IMG/VR virus record: IMGVR_UViG_3300021958_000045
Location: 1-64,000 of that record
DNA length: 64,000 nt
DNA from: a virus
Taxonomy: Duplodnaviria; Caudoviricetes
Reading direction: 5' to 3' (one strand)
Below, in pieces: positions 23,001 to 38,000 of the stretch. Position 1 is the first letter of the stretch. Each line of letters opens with the position of its first letter. The notes under the pieces were generated by a model. That model made no database searches, was not told where the DNA came from, and saw nothing but the letters and a program-made list of their open reading frames with translations. The position numbers and the translations under genes are program-made.

Positions 23001-26000
23001 AAGTCGGTTACTAAATTTGGATCAAACAATGTTACAGTATCTGATAAAATTTTTGAAACAGCATCTGCAGTATAATTATGCTTTACTAATTTTTCATTTG
23101 GTTTTTCGTTTTTTTGTAGAGTGCCTGCTTGATATAAATCTCTATTTGCTAAAATTCTTGTATCCATTTGTTCTGCGAGTCTATAAGCGCTTCGCATTAT
23201 TTCGCCTTGCTCGATGGCTAATTGGTAATAACGATCTCTTTCTGCTTGGTCATAAAATGTATGAAAAGCTTCTTTGCTAGAATAGTCAACCCCCAACCTT
23301 TTTCCTTTATTAACAAAACTGCCTAAATAATATTTATCTAATAACTGCCTTGCAGATTCAGCCTTGCTCTTTGCAAGATTTATAATTTCTTTCTGTCGTT
23401 CTAGGAGTTCTTCAGAACTCATTGCATATTTAGTATTATTAATTTCATCTGGATCAAAATTTAAATAATCTCCCAAACCTACTCGAGCAGTATAAGCCGC
23501 AGCTCCTAAAGGAGCGCCGACAGCAAATCCAAGCAAAGGATTCTTGCTTTCAAATGCTAATCCTGTACCAAACCCTAATGCATAATTGCCTCCAGCCCTT
23601 AAATGCCCCTCCATGCCAGAATAATCCATACGCGCTTTCTCTCCCCTTGCAACGAAAAATTCTGCCGCAGTCACTCCAGCAAACCTTCTGGCTGCAGTCT
23701 TCAACGCGGCACCTTTAGTCATTGCTGCTGCGGTGGATGTACCCATTCTAGCCCTTGTTCCAACAATAGCTGCGTCGGCTAAATTTGCACTAAGTACACC
23801 CGCAACTTCTGATCCAGTAAATTGAGAAAGTCCTACAGATTCTGCGAGGTCATTTCCTTCACCAACTTTGCCTTGAGCAAATCCTTTGCCGTAAGATCTT
23901 AAAAAAGCTCTTTCTTCGGAATTATCTCCTAATCCTTTTGCTGAATATCCGCTCAAGTTATTTTCATGCGCATACTGCGTGGCAGCTTCTCTACTTTCAA
24001 AAAACATTGGTTGAGCTCTAGCATCTTCCAGGTTATCCTGGCTTGCCATAGTATATTCAGATAAACCAGGAATACCTTCTTCCCCGCCAGCTAAACCTTC
24101 TAAATTTCTTCTAGCGATTTTTGCAGCAATATTTTTTCTAGCTAGTTCAGTTGCATTTTTATCGCCTTCAACTTTACTCTCGGCCATTTGCTTCAAGCCA
24201 ATTTTTGTCAAAGCTTTATCGTGCCAAGATGCTTCTTCTGGCGCATCAAGCAGGCCAGCTTGTTTCTTTTTGTTAAGTAAAGTTTTTTGTTGTTGTATTA
24301 AATCAGTGCCAGCCGTAGATAAATAATTCCCTGTACCTACAGATACATTATCTTTATTCCGAACTTGTTTTTCTAAAACAAAATGTTTTGGCTCACTTCC
24401 AATCATGTTTGCAGCAGAATCTAAAACACTCATTCCAGTTTCTGTTTGAAATGCAAGAATACCTGCAGCAGGAAGTAATGTACCAACAGTTGCACCCCTT
24501 AAAGGTCCACCTCCATAATTCATTGCACTATCAAATGCTTGACCAGCTCTTTGTAGATTTACTGCATTGGCTTGTCTGTTAATTTCTTTAGCTCTCAACA
24601 GACTTCCTTCTTTCGTCAAAGTATATCTTCCAGGGTTTCCATCTATGTCTCCAGGAAGAACCCCTCTCATAAATTTTTCTTGCTCCATTCTAATTTTTTC
24701 GCTAATTGACTCTTTTTTGAAATCGCCTAGTTCAGAAGTCGAAGTCTCGCTTATAGAGCGACTACTTAGCTCTGCTCTTTTTTGGATATTACTGAAAGCC
24801 TCGCTTCTTTTCTTTTCAAATTCATCTACAGAATAAGTTTTAATACTTCCATCTGGCTCTTGATAATCAACAACTCTTGTTGATTCTCTTAAACCTTCTG
24901 CAACCTTGTCAAGATCTAGCGCTCGATAATCATTACCTTTTCTTGTGATAGTTTTTGAAAATTCTTCAGGAACATTAATGTGTTTACCGCTAGTTTCAGA
25001 TTCAATCAAACGTCTTTGAAACACGTTGGAAGATGTAAGACTTTTTGGAGCAGAAATTTGTTTATCAAGTAAAGCTCCTTTTACTGCGGTAGTTCCTTGA
25101 TTAACTTTTTTCATAACTTCTCCTGCTTTAAGAAATTTAATGTTTTCTCCCGCAGTTATTCTCTTCATCATATGATCCTTTGGATTTAAAGACCTTCTTA
25201 AAGCATGAGCTTCTTTAATATCTTTACTGCCAACATATGGAGATAGTTTCGGATCATACGTAATAATATCTTTTCCGTTTTGCTCGACCCTCATTCTTCC
25301 TGTTAATTGGTCTAAAACTTTATCCTCGTATTCAGTCCAACCAGATTGAGATCTGTTAAATTTTTCTGTTTGTTTAAAAGTTTGTGTCAAAGATTCGCTA
25401 GTATCAAAAGCAATTGGCTTACTACCTATATTCATTTCCATTGCTAGTTTTGCTTCGGCTTTACGACTTTGCTCAGCTCTATGATTTTCTTCTGCCATTT
25501 GTTTAGCAATTCCCTCTGGATGCTTTTTGGCTTGTTCGGCTCTCCATGCAGAAATTCGCTCTCTAACTGTCCCCCATTTTTCGGCAGTCCAGTCTTTTGC
25601 AGAGCCAGCAATAGGAACTATTGATGATACTCCATTCCAGATTCCTTTGCCTGCTTGCATTGTATTTTTCCATCCTTTTGTTTCTACTAAATAATCAATT
25701 AATCGTTTATGAGCTTTTCCTTTTTCAAGAAGTCTTTCTGATGTTGCTGCTTTTTCAGGATCTGCTAAATATTCTTCTTTTGATTTTTTCCAGTTATCGT
25801 CTACTTCTTCTACTTCCTCTATTGTTTGCTGGACAATATTATCATCTACGCTTGCAACTTCTCGAACTTTTGCTTCAGTTTCTGCACCCGTTTCTCTAAC
25901 AGCTGCAGCTTGTTCGACTGGATCTGCTTTGGCTTCTTCTAACGCGTCAAGTTCTTCAATTGCCTCTTCCGAACGACGAGACCTAACAGGTGAATCTTCT

Positions 26001-29000
26001 CTTTTTGTTAATTTCACTCCAACTTCATTTGATGCAGTTCGAACACTTTGCTGATTAAAACTAGCCAGCTGATTATTTGCTCTTGTAACATTTTCTCTGT
26101 CAAAATTAGAAGATCTGCCTTGGCTGACTCTGAGATTGTCTATTTGTAATAACTCAGACATTCTTTGCAAATCTTCTTGTGTGGCTGCATTACCTAGAGA
26201 AGTAAGCCTATCAAACTCAGCTTTTTCAACTAACCTGTCATTTATTAATTGTTGTTGTTTTTCAGCTATTATATTCCTAGATGTTTCTATAGTATTTTCT
26301 GGGTCAAGAGATTGAGATAAAGTAGATAGTCTTTGATCGGGCGCTTTTTGATCTAAATCTCCATCTAAAGAATCCATTGTAGACTGAAGGCTTGCAAGCT
26401 CTTCGGCAGTCATCCTGGTTTTAGTTAAATCTATTCCATCTTCTCCTACGTCACTAGTAGAAAGCGGCTGCCTTCCAGCTTCTAATTCTTGAGCGGCAAG
26501 CTCTAAAGATGCAGGGTTTACAATTCCATTTCCCTTTGAAGCGGCCAAAGAAGATAATTTACCTTCGTTTTCAAGTATTCTTGAAGCGTTAACCTGAGAT
26601 GCCAAATCAGCATTTTTAAGATTATTTAAAACGGCCTCAGGATCTTTTGGAATCATTGGTACTGTTTTACCTCTGATTGCTGTTTGAGAAAATAGTTCGC
26701 CTTTTTGAATCTTTTGAAATATTTTATCTATTCCACCTTTTTTTAAATTCTCTATAGCTTTTCCATCTAACTTATTTCCTGCAGGATCCATTAAGTCCAT
26801 AAAGCTAACTAGTCTTGCAACATTAATATCACTCTTATGAAGGTTTTGAGTTTTTGCTTGTCTTAAAAAGTCTTCTCCCATCCCCATACCGACAAACCTA
26901 TCCAAGTTTATCAAATTTTCTCTCATACGATCTCCTAATCCGAATCCTTTACCTTGAGAATCTAAACCAATAACTCTCAGTTCTCTATCAACTAAAGATT
27001 CTGCTAAATTTTTATCAAAACCTGCAGTATTTTCTGGATCTAAAAATAAAACTTTAGAAATTTCTTCTCTTAATTTTACAAAATCTCCATCCAGATCAAA
27101 TGCAGCTGGACCTAATTTTTTTGCCATTGCTTGGTTAGTGACATCAAGCTTAGAAACTCCTTCAGCTCCTCCTCCCGTAAATACGCTCAAACCTGCGTCT
27201 GCTATAAGTTCCTTGAATTGCCTATTAATAAACAAATCTTGTCTTTCCATAAGCTTTGGATCTAATGCATTCAAGTGTTCATTTTTATTACGAGTCAAAA
27301 TGCGTAAATCTTCTTCAATAATTCCTCGTTTATTAGAAGGAATATTTGGATTATCTATTAATTGTTGTAACCTTTGTTTTTCACTGAGGAATTTTTTATT
27401 CAAATCTGCTTCATTAAAGTTTGCTGGAAGCCTCAATCTTTTTTGTAATTCTAAAGGAGCTTTTTGCCTAATTTCTCTAAGGACAAGTTGTTTTTGAAGT
27501 TCGTTTGCTCTACGATTAATATTTGAATTTGTTTTAACTTTATCTAAAGCAGTTTCGGTAGGAGGCAAAGGAACACTTTTTCTGGAATCAATATTATCGA
27601 ACATTCTTTGCAAATGAATAGGATCTCCAGGCATTGTTCTTGTTGCTCGATCTACAAATTCTGGATTATTAATTAATTCATCAATTTGATTCTCTGCTTT
27701 TGCCGCGCTTGTTACTTTGCTAATTTCAAATTGTTTATCTGTTAATCTAGAAGCCCTTGATTTTACATCTGCATTTTCCAGTAGCAAAGTTTTATTTTCT
27801 TGTCCAGTCTCTATAGAGTTAACTAAATCAGGATTATTATTTGCCCACTGTTGTAAAACATTCATTTCTTCTACGCTTAAATCGCTTCCAGATTTTAATT
27901 TATTAGAAATTTTAGAAACTTGTGCTTGATTAAGAACATCAGCCTGACTTGCGGATACCGCAAGTTCTCCTGTATTTGCTGGAGCTAATTGAAGCTGAGC
28001 TTGTGCAGTTTGAACTCCTGCAACTTTTTGAGCACCTACCGCTCTTCCATTTGCATCATATATTACAGGTTTGGTTTCTACCGTTGGAGGATGAATGATT
28101 CCCGTAGAGTCCATAGTTCCAATTAAAGTTCCATCTGAAGCAAGAATATCAAAATCTGACAAGACAGTGCTTGGGCTTTTCGAAGGTACAATCCCAGCCT
28201 GCCTAAAACTAACGTTACCGTGCTCTGGGAAAAGTTGACTCTTAGCTCTCCTTATTCTTTCCAAAAGAGGGGGATCAATAGTTTCAGCTCTTAAACTAAA
28301 TAATCCGTCTACTCCTTCGGGCGAGGTAGAGCCGCCTATCACTTGCCTAAGTATTGATTGTTTTTTACTTTCTTCTGGCGCGTCTTTAATTGGTGAAACC
28401 GAACCAGAAATATTCATAGCTCTTTGTTCTATTAACTCTTCTGCCATTTCAACGACTGGAGACTTTTGGCTTCTATGAGAAACTACAGAAGTTGTCCAAG
28501 GATTCCTGGGCGTAGATGCTGGCCGTTGAAACAAAGATTCACTAGTGGCGCTTGTAGAAGTGGTTACAGATCTTTCATTAGAAAGCTTTTGTAATTTTGA
28601 AAAAGTTGTTTCTTCGCTAGCAATATTTTCGCCAGATGCAAGATCTTGCATTTGTTGCGTCCGCACTATGTTGTTTTGTCTTTCTACCTCTTCAATTTCA
28701 GACCCTTTGTAACGTCCTACAAATTTTAATGCAGTTTTCTTTATTTTGTCCCATGAAGATAATTCTCGTAATTCAGGGTTATTATATGTTAACACATCTT
28801 TAAATTCTGAACCTTCCCCAATCGCCATGCTTGTTCGAGTTCTACCTAAACCCTTATCAATTTCCGCTTCTTGAATTTTTCTTACTCGCTCAATTTCTTC
28901 TTGTCTCTGCTGAGCTTTTTGTTCTTCAAGAGTCCTACGAGCTTTTTGTTCAAGCTCTTTTTGTCTTTGCCGTTGTTTTTTCTGTCTATTTTTTCTAATT

Positions 29001-32000
29001 CTATTTGCTTGGATAGCTCGTTGAATTTTTTCAGTTACTGAACGTTCCCTTTGAAGATAATTCTCTTTTTGTTTGTGAACTCTATCTGCACCAGTGTCAA
29101 CTTCTCCATCAACTTTTTCGGCTAATATAGACTTAACGTCTTCATTTGTCTCTAAGGGGTTTGTAGGAGTATCTCCACTGTAAGTTCGGACTCCTTCATT
29201 TTCTATTTGACTAAGAATCTCTTCTTCTTTTACTGGGTTTATTCCCTGTTTTTGTTCCGTGCTTCTGCCTGTTAAAATTCTTAAGGTTTGTAATTGGCGC
29301 TTTAACCAAGTTCCAGCCTGTCTAACAAAACCTCCTTCTGCAGATTTCCCTATTTCTTTTGATGCTTGTTCGGTTGCATTTTCCGCAGCTCGTGCAGTAA
29401 TAGCCTCTTGACTTCTAATATCGTCAGCTAGATCTTTAGGTATAATATGGCTCTCGAGCCCTTTCATATTTTGCTTTGCAGCTTCAGTTAAAGTTCCAAC
29501 TTTTGGAGCGCTATCTCCCAATGTTTTTGTTGCCCTAACGTTTGGCCCTGCGTCTGATCTAGCTTTCGGACCACCTCTTTCTACTGCTCTTTGAGTTGCT
29601 TTAGCGGCTCTTTGTCTGCGCATTGTTTCTTCTGAATCTGCATCCTGATTTGCCACCGCTTGTCTTATAGCTCTATTTTCTTCTCCAGTAAAAAGTTCAA
29701 GTTCGTCTATATCTGGATTGGTAGAATCAATTTGAGAAATTATATACTTACCACTTTGGAAATCTCTTGGTTTTGCTTTTGTTGCTTCTTCTACTGGAAC
29801 AACTTGCCCATCTTTATTTCCTCCCATATATTCAATTACCATAGGTCTAAAAATTTGAGGTTCACCGATTTCTGGATCCATAAACTTCGCTTGATCAAAA
29901 TCAAAATTCTCAACTCCGATTTTAGAAAATATCTGTTGATTTTCTTCCTTACGCATTTCCTCTATAAACGCACGTTGAAGTTTACTTAAGCCTCCTTGAG
30001 AATTTCCTTGTAGCCCATGAACTTGTTTTAATAAAGCAGCTCCCGAACTATTCCAATTTGCTACTGCAGAAGGCTTAATTGATTCAGGTTCTAAATCCCA
30101 AATATCCATATCTTCTCCAAGAGCCCTTGCTGTATTAATTATTCTTCTAGCTCCTTTTTGAGGCGCCGCAAAGTTAGGAACGTAAGGATTTCTTTCGAGG
30201 TAGCCTCGCATAAATTTAGTTTTATCGTCAACGTCTTCATCTAATGTTCCGTGAGATGCAAAGGCTCCTTCTTGTGGGCCGAGTTTATGAACGCCTCTAA
30301 TTTTATTAATATAATTTGTTGGGGCTACGCCACCTTCATCAATTTTATTAGTAACAACAGGCCCATCATAAGAACTAAAATATTGAGATTTTCCACCTGG
30401 AACTGTCAACTGTATATTGCTAATAGGATCCATTACCCCTTTGTTTTCTAGAGCGGTTATTTCTCTAGAGATTGATTCGCTTGCTCCTGGCCAATATTTA
30501 GCAACCCTCAAGGCGGCTCCGCCAGTAAATGTTTTGCCAGCGAGTTTTTGAGCCATTGTTTGTTTTGGGGCGTAAGTGGTTTCTCCCCAAACACTTTCTG
30601 AATATACTTCTTGCTCTTTTGTTTTTTGAGAATCTTTTCTTTTTGAAATAATGTTTTGATGTAAATTATTTCTTAATATTTTTTCGTTCTTGACTAAGTT
30701 TTCAGCTCTTTGTTCCGCGCTAGGACTAATAAATTCTTTTTGTTTTTGTATTCTTAATCCAGTTTTGTGAGTATTTTGAATTTTGGTTAAATAATTGCTT
30801 TCTGCTACAGAGCCATCATCAACTCTATTGGTAATTACGGAATCAATAATACTTTTAGGCCCGATCTCAGATAATTCTTGATCGGGGACTGTGAATTGAA
30901 TTTCATTAATTGGATTTTTAACGCCTCGATCTTTAAGAGTTTTTATTTCTTTTTGTATAGTTTCTTTTGCTTCTGGATAATAATTTGCAACTCTTAAGGC
31001 TGCGCCTGCGTTATAAGTATCTCCGATGCTAGATTGAGCCCTTGCAGATTTCCAACTGCTTTTCTGGTTTGCGATGGAATAATTATTAGCAATCTGGTTT
31101 GCAGAAGCATTTTGGCTTGATCGCCTTACGGTTGATATAGCCTGAGTTTGAGATGAAGAATTATCGATCATTCCTGTCATACTAAACTCTGAATCTCTAG
31201 GAGATAAATCATGAACGTTTTCAATTTTATTGAGATAACTTCTAGGAGTAACATTACCTTCATCTACAGTATTAGTAACAACTGCCCCTTGGTATTGAAA
31301 ATTTGCCAAAGAATTAGAAGATGCAGGAATAGTGAGTTGAACATTATTTAAGGCATTTGTTATACCCTTCTTTTCTAAAGCTTCAACCTCTCTATAAATA
31401 GAGTCTATTGCTCCTGGATAATAGTTGGCAACCTGCAAAGCTCTGCCTCCTGTAAAAGTTTTTCCAGCAAATTGCTCAAAACCTCTTGATTCTTTTAATT
31501 TATCTTCATTTAAAGATTCTTTTAAACCCCTTATAGGACTTTTCTTTCGGTCTCTTGTTGAAGAATTTCTTGCAAAATTTGGTACGCCCCCTCGACTTGG
31601 AGCGGGCTGTGGAGGTTCTGTAGAATTAGCTCCTCCATGAATTGTAATGTTGCCACTAGTATTTATTTTTGTACTACCGCCAATATTCACATTAGCTCCA
31701 TCGATTGCAATATTTTGAATTTTTTGTCGAGCTTCGTCTTGTTGCTTAGAAGCTTTTGTTCTTTGTTCTACTTTTTCAGTATCTGCTACTTTAATATTTC
31801 TAATAGCTTTAACTATTTCTTCTGCAGATATTCCTTGTTCTGGTTGCAAGGTTTTAGATAATGTTTGAATACCTTCATCAATGCTAGAAAGTAGTCTAAT
31901 TTCTACCCCATTATCCCCTAATTGATCTGCAATACTTGTCAAGTCGTTGAATCCCATAGTTCTAGGATCAAGGCCTAATTCTTCTAAATCGATATTTAAA

Positions 32001-35000
32001 GCCTCTGCAGTACTTTGAAGAGTTTTTCTGGTTAATTCTGATCGATCCGAGGGAGTAGATGCAAGCGCTCCTTGTTGAGCAGTTAATTGTTTAATCATAT
32101 AGCTCACCATTTTTTGAGTGCCATCAGGTAAATCTTGTTCAACTAAAGCTTTTTTCATGCTATTTACTACGTCTCCCATATCAATATTAGCATCTGCTTT
32201 AGCGTCAAAACCTGTTTCTGTTTCGACTCCCAACATCATTAATATTCTATTGACATTACCAATTGCATTTTGCATATTGGCTTGTTGTCTCATATCATTC
32301 AACTCTGGACTTTTCCCAAACAAACCTTCCATCAACCCTACCATATCTTGCGTTGCTCTGGCCTGAACATCTAGATCTAATTGAGTTTCAGGCTCAAAGC
32401 TTTGACCAAAAGCGAACTGTTCCATAATTTCGCCTTCTCTTGCTGTAACATCCAACTGCGTACTTTCTAAATTTTTTCTAGCTTGAAGCAAGTCCTCTCT
32501 CGCAGCAATTTCATTACCTAATTTTAAAAGAGCTATTTGTTGATTTGCTTTTTCATTTAATTGTCGAACAGAATCAATTAATTCTTGTTCTTCTTGGGTT
32601 CTTTCATCAAAATCTATACGTTCTATCGCCGAAACTATATCATCAGCCATAAATCTTCCATCTCCTTGCTCTAGCTCGCTAGACTTTAAATACATCTTAT
32701 TTAAAACATCAGCCAACTTACCAGAAAAAACAGAGCCATCCTCTCCTTCAAAATCCTCCATTTTTGTGTCTTTCATTAATTGATTCACAAATTTAGAAAC
32801 TTCAAATTCTGTTCCTGCAGCAGTTTCTGCATTTATTCTGGTAACCGAAAATTCTTCTTGGGCTGACCTAGCTTCATTTGGAGTCATATAATTCATGCCA
32901 GTCATTATAGACAGCTCTGAATTAAATTGCTTTTCAGCAATATCAAATGCTTTTGTGATATTCGAATTTAATTCTGAAATACTTCTGCTGACAGCAGTAG
33001 AAAGATTAACAATTGTTGATTTTAAATTGCCCAAAGCACTAGAAGTCTTTCCAACTGCTTTGCCAGCTTCAATAGATTCTTTTCTCAATTTTAATTGCTC
33101 TTTTATACCAACTGTAAAATCTACCATACCTTCATCAGGAATATTATCTACAATTTGGTCAAATAAAGTTCTGGTTTCTTCATCAAGAGTGCTAGAAAAT
33201 TCTTTTATAGTTGACCTTATATCTTCTGCAGAAAACTCCTCAAAATTAATTTTGCTTAATTTTTTTGATAAGCTAGTAACCTGCTCTTCTGCAAGTTCTA
33301 GCCCCTGAACAGACTGCATGCCAATATTTCTAATTTCTCCTCGGGCTTCATCTTTTAGCTCTCCCTTTTCTCCTCCAAAAAAAGGAACAAAATCTGGCAA
33401 CTGAGTTGGACCGAATCCAAACGGTAAAACTCCTTCCCTGTTTTCATTTGCGGCTTGAGCTTTGATAGTTAACTGTCCTAATTGATTAACCTTAAGTGCT
33501 GAAGCGGAAAACTTCTCTAAAGCTGTTGACATTTTTTGAACGTCTCCATTTGCAGTAACTAACGCGCTTCTCAAATCATCGATTGCGCTACTGCCAGAAG
33601 GAAAACTTTCTATTTGTTTCTGCAAAGATTTAATTGCCTTTGTGATATTTTCTGGGTCTCCACCTTCAATTGCAGAATTTAGCCTAGATTGCGCGGAGAC
33701 TACTTGCGTTGCACTTTCAATGGCTTTTCCATTTATTTGTATATTACGTTCAATTTGATCTCCTTGTACTTTCAAACTCTTTGAATACTGATCTAACACT
33801 CCGTTTAAAGCCCCGACTGACGCAGCAAGAGCAACCCACTTTTTCTTGTCTGTGATCATTGATGTAATCGCAGCGATTTGAAGAGCGTCGCCAGCAGCAT
33901 CTGCTGCGTAACCTCCAGCAGTACCCGTTTGTCCTTCAATGCCCCCAAACATCATTTGGCCCATGAATATAGTATTCATCATGCCTCCCCCGCCACCAAA
34001 CATACCTCCTCCAGTAGGAGTTGGAATTGCAGCGTCGGCAGCCTTGCTACCTCCTCTTTTAAACATTTTAGGTATAAATCTACCAATAAAATTTGGTACG
34101 CTAAAAGTAGAATGAGGAACGTATCCATTTGCAACTAAACCATGCTTTTGAGGATTAATCCCTTGAGATATTGAGCGCGAAATTCCTTGACCCAAACCTC
34201 TTGGTTCGTCAATTGTATTATAAACTCCAACGCCTCCAGGATTACTTTCGTTTTTTAGTCTATTACTCTGTCCAATCCTAATCTTGTGCATTGGTATTCC
34301 AGCTTGGCTCTCTCTTTTAATTGCTGCGCCTAAAGCATCATTTCCGCGCGAAGCTGAATTTACATTTAATGCGAAATTCGGAACGTACCCATTGGACAAG
34401 CGTTCTTTAGAAATTTCTTTTCCTTGAGAATATATAGATTCAATAATTTCAGTTTTGCTATCTTTTTCTTTATTGTCGTTTTTTAAATATTTAAATTCTC
34501 TATCAGAAGGTTTTTGTTTTTCTGGAGTATAACCTTGAAAGTATTTTTGAATAACTTGTTTATTCTTTCTTTTCTCGATAGATTCTTTTCTTCTATTTAA
34601 AACATTTTCTTTTGTACTAGATTCATTTTCTTGAAAATTGTCTCTTAACCTATACAGAGTTGAGAAATTATCTTCGCGACCAAAAACTCTATTTTCTTGA
34701 TTAGTTGAGTTAGAGCTAACTTTATTAGATTCTAAAGAAAATCCTTGAGAGAATACTTCCGAAGAAGCTTGTTGGTTATCCTTAGAGACCATGCCTTGAG
34801 AGGAACTTTTGGAATCGGTAGACACATCCTTAGAGACCATGCCTTGAGAGGAGCTTTTGGAATCGGTAGACACATCCTTAGAGACCATGCCCTGAGAGAA
34901 GCTTTTGGAATCGGTAGACACATCCTTAGAGACCATGCCTTGAGAGAAGCTTTGAAAACCATTAATAAAGTCTGATTGTTTAGACTTAATCGATTCTGCA

Positions 35001-38000
35001 AACGAGCTATTAGAGCTTGATTCTTTTTCTCCGTAACTAATATAGCTATTATTAATAGTAGACTCAATTTTCTTTTCTTTTGCTTGAGAAGAGTCTTGTC
35101 TTTTAATTACAGACTGAGTATCGGCAGATTTATTGTATGAGTTAACCGATTTAGAATCACTTGCATTATCAATTTTTTGAGAAATCAAACCTTGAGACAA
35201 AGAAATAAATTCATCTTGCTTTGATAAATCTTTTTCTTGTTCTTGTACAATTTTTGATTCTACATTTTTATCTCTTGTTTGTAAGTTTATTTTTTCGCTC
35301 TGCTTGCCTAACGCATAACTTTGTTGAGTTACATTTCGATCAACTAATTTTGGTATTTTTTCTTGAGATAAGTTTTTATTAATTATAAAGTTTGGAACTA
35401 TACCAGAATAAAAATTTTGATTAGATTTATAATAATTTTCTAATTCTTCTCCTGACCTCATGTAGCCAGGAATTTTTTCATGAGCTTGCTGACCTTGAGC
35501 GGTTTGTTTTCCTTTAATTGCTGCGCCTCTTAAAGCATTTGCAGAAGGCATTGCTCGAAATCTATTCATAGTTGCTTGTTTATTGGTCGCCGCCTTTTGT
35601 TTGTCATACTTTTCGAAATCAGCCTTTTCTTTTGCAACCTGCCCAGATAGCAAACCTTGATAATCTAATTCTTTAAGTATTTTATCTGCCATGCTTGCTT
35701 TAATATCTCCAGACTGAGCATTAGCTTTAAAATCTCCTATAGAACCATGGCTAGAAGGCCAATTAAAAAACTTTCTCAACTGGTCTGTAGGACCTCTAAC
35801 ATCAAAGTCTCCTCCTCCTGCATTAACTGGAATATTACTAAAAGCAGCATTTGCTGCTGCCTCAAAAGCGTTGCCAGCCATAGCGGTCAATGTACCTTCA
35901 TTAAAATGTTTTTGTACAACTCTATCAATAATCGAAGAATCTTGCATTCTGATTTCTTGTTCGCCAAAAGCTCTAACAAAATTTTCAGAATGAGCTTTAA
36001 CTATAGTCTTAACATCTCTTTCTACAAGATCTCCAATTTTTGCTATCCTATCCGCCTCTTTTGGAATCTTGGGATTTATGCCTTTTGAATTCCAGCCGAC
36101 TAAAAATTGACTTTGGTACTTTTTTGCATAAGGGCCGCTACCTCTAACTGTAGACTGAGGAGCTCCTCCTCCTCTTTGAGGAAACAATAAAGAATAATCG
36201 TAAGTAGTAAATGGCCTCAAATCTATAACATTATCTGGGTCATCTTGATATGGTTTATTTTTTTGCCTACCCGCTTTGCCTGCTGCTGGCGCAAAATTAG
36301 GAATAATTCCATCATTAAAAATTTGCATAACCTCATGTTCGCGAGAGCTAATTTGTGATGTCTTGTTTTGATTCCATCCAATATCAGACTGAGGAACAAT
36401 AGACTGCATAGACCTACCATAAAAATCATATTCTTTTCTGCCATATTCCTTCTTATTAAATTGCATGAGGGCAGGATCATTTCTTCTTCCGCTAACATTT
36501 AAAAACAATCCTCCGACTTGCTCAGCCCATTTTTGTATTTGGCCAGAAGCCATAGCTTGTTTAAATTTTTCTACTTCAGGGTATATACCCTTCTTTGGAT
36601 TAGCTCCTCGATTTAACAACTTAAGAATTTTCTTTTTATTAAATACATTTTTCTCTGAAACCTGAGTAGAAAGTATATTATCTTTTGCGGGTTTATTTAA
36701 TCCCCCTCCAGCAAATTCTTTAGCTATTGTTTCTGAAGTACTGAATGATGTAGCCCCAGAAGGAGCGACATTGTCTAACTCTCCAATATCCCTGCGCCCA
36801 GAAAGCGGCCCACTAACATGAGACTTCACAAAATTCTGAATAATATTAATTACATCTTGAGGGGTTTGCGCTCCTTTAAAGCTTGGCATATTTTTACCAA
36901 TATTAGGTCTGTCTAGAGTTGGATTCTTTTGCCCTCTATACAAAGTTAAATTTGCATAATTTGGTACAGTTCCTGCGCTTACATTTTCCAACTGTCTAAT
37001 TTCAAATGGGTCAACGTTATAACCATAACCTCTAGAAAGATCAGGAAAATCTACTTTTAATTTTTCTTGTATATATTTATTTAACGATCTAAATTCTCTT
37101 GAATTAAAAAACTGTCTAAAATCTTCTTTTTGCGCTTCTGTCTTTGCCCTAAATAATCCATCCGCCCGAGACTCAGATTTTAGCCTTGTGTTTATTACTC
37201 CTCCCCTAGCCCCCATTGACATTAAATTAAACTCAGACAATGCCCTACTTATTTCAGCAAATTCTTCGTTTGAGTAATCTTTAATTTTTGATTTGCGCAG
37301 TGTATTTGGAGAGTACTTTCTGAAAATTGAAAAGTTTGGAACTGCACCGTATGCTAACTGAGGCGGCGAAGGTTCTGCCATTGGCGTTATTCCGCTAGCA
37401 TATGACTTAATTAAAGTTTGAAACTCTCTTGCTCTTTCTTTTCCTACTTTGGTATGAGATGGAGGTAACACCATTCCGCCGCTAGGTTTAAAAGGTAAGC
37501 TAAATGCTTTTTGTACATCTGCTCCTGTCGAATAAAACTTTTCTTTATTATTAACAACTACTCGCTCTTTCTTTCCATTAATCTCTAGTTTTTTAACTTG
37601 AGTATCTTTATATCCAACGTTTTGACCATATAACTGAGAAGCTTGACCAGCTTCTTTCATTCGGTCAGATTCAATACTAAAGTTGGGAATAAACCCAGTT
37701 GCTAAAGTTTCAGTTTCTTGCGAAGTAACATCTGAAATAGTTCCGCCTGCAAAACTCTTAGAGTCTGCAGAAGAACTGCTAGAACTGACACTTTTAGAAA
37801 CCATACCTTCTGCAAAAGTCTTGGAACTCGTAGAAGACTCGTCAACAGAAGTAAAACTATTTACATCTTCAGACCTCGAAGAATCCTTAAAGTTTTCTTT
37901 ATATAATTGAGTTTGATAATCAGAATCACGAACTCGGTCTTTTTGCCTTGTAAAATTTGGAACAATGCCATGGCTTGCTATTTTAACTGATTGAGGGTCA

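Noticed and set aside
34781-34953. Direct repeats as a possible CRISPR array
   Set aside because: The units are contiguous with no unique spacers, the 48-nt period keeps the reading frame, and there are no cas genes.
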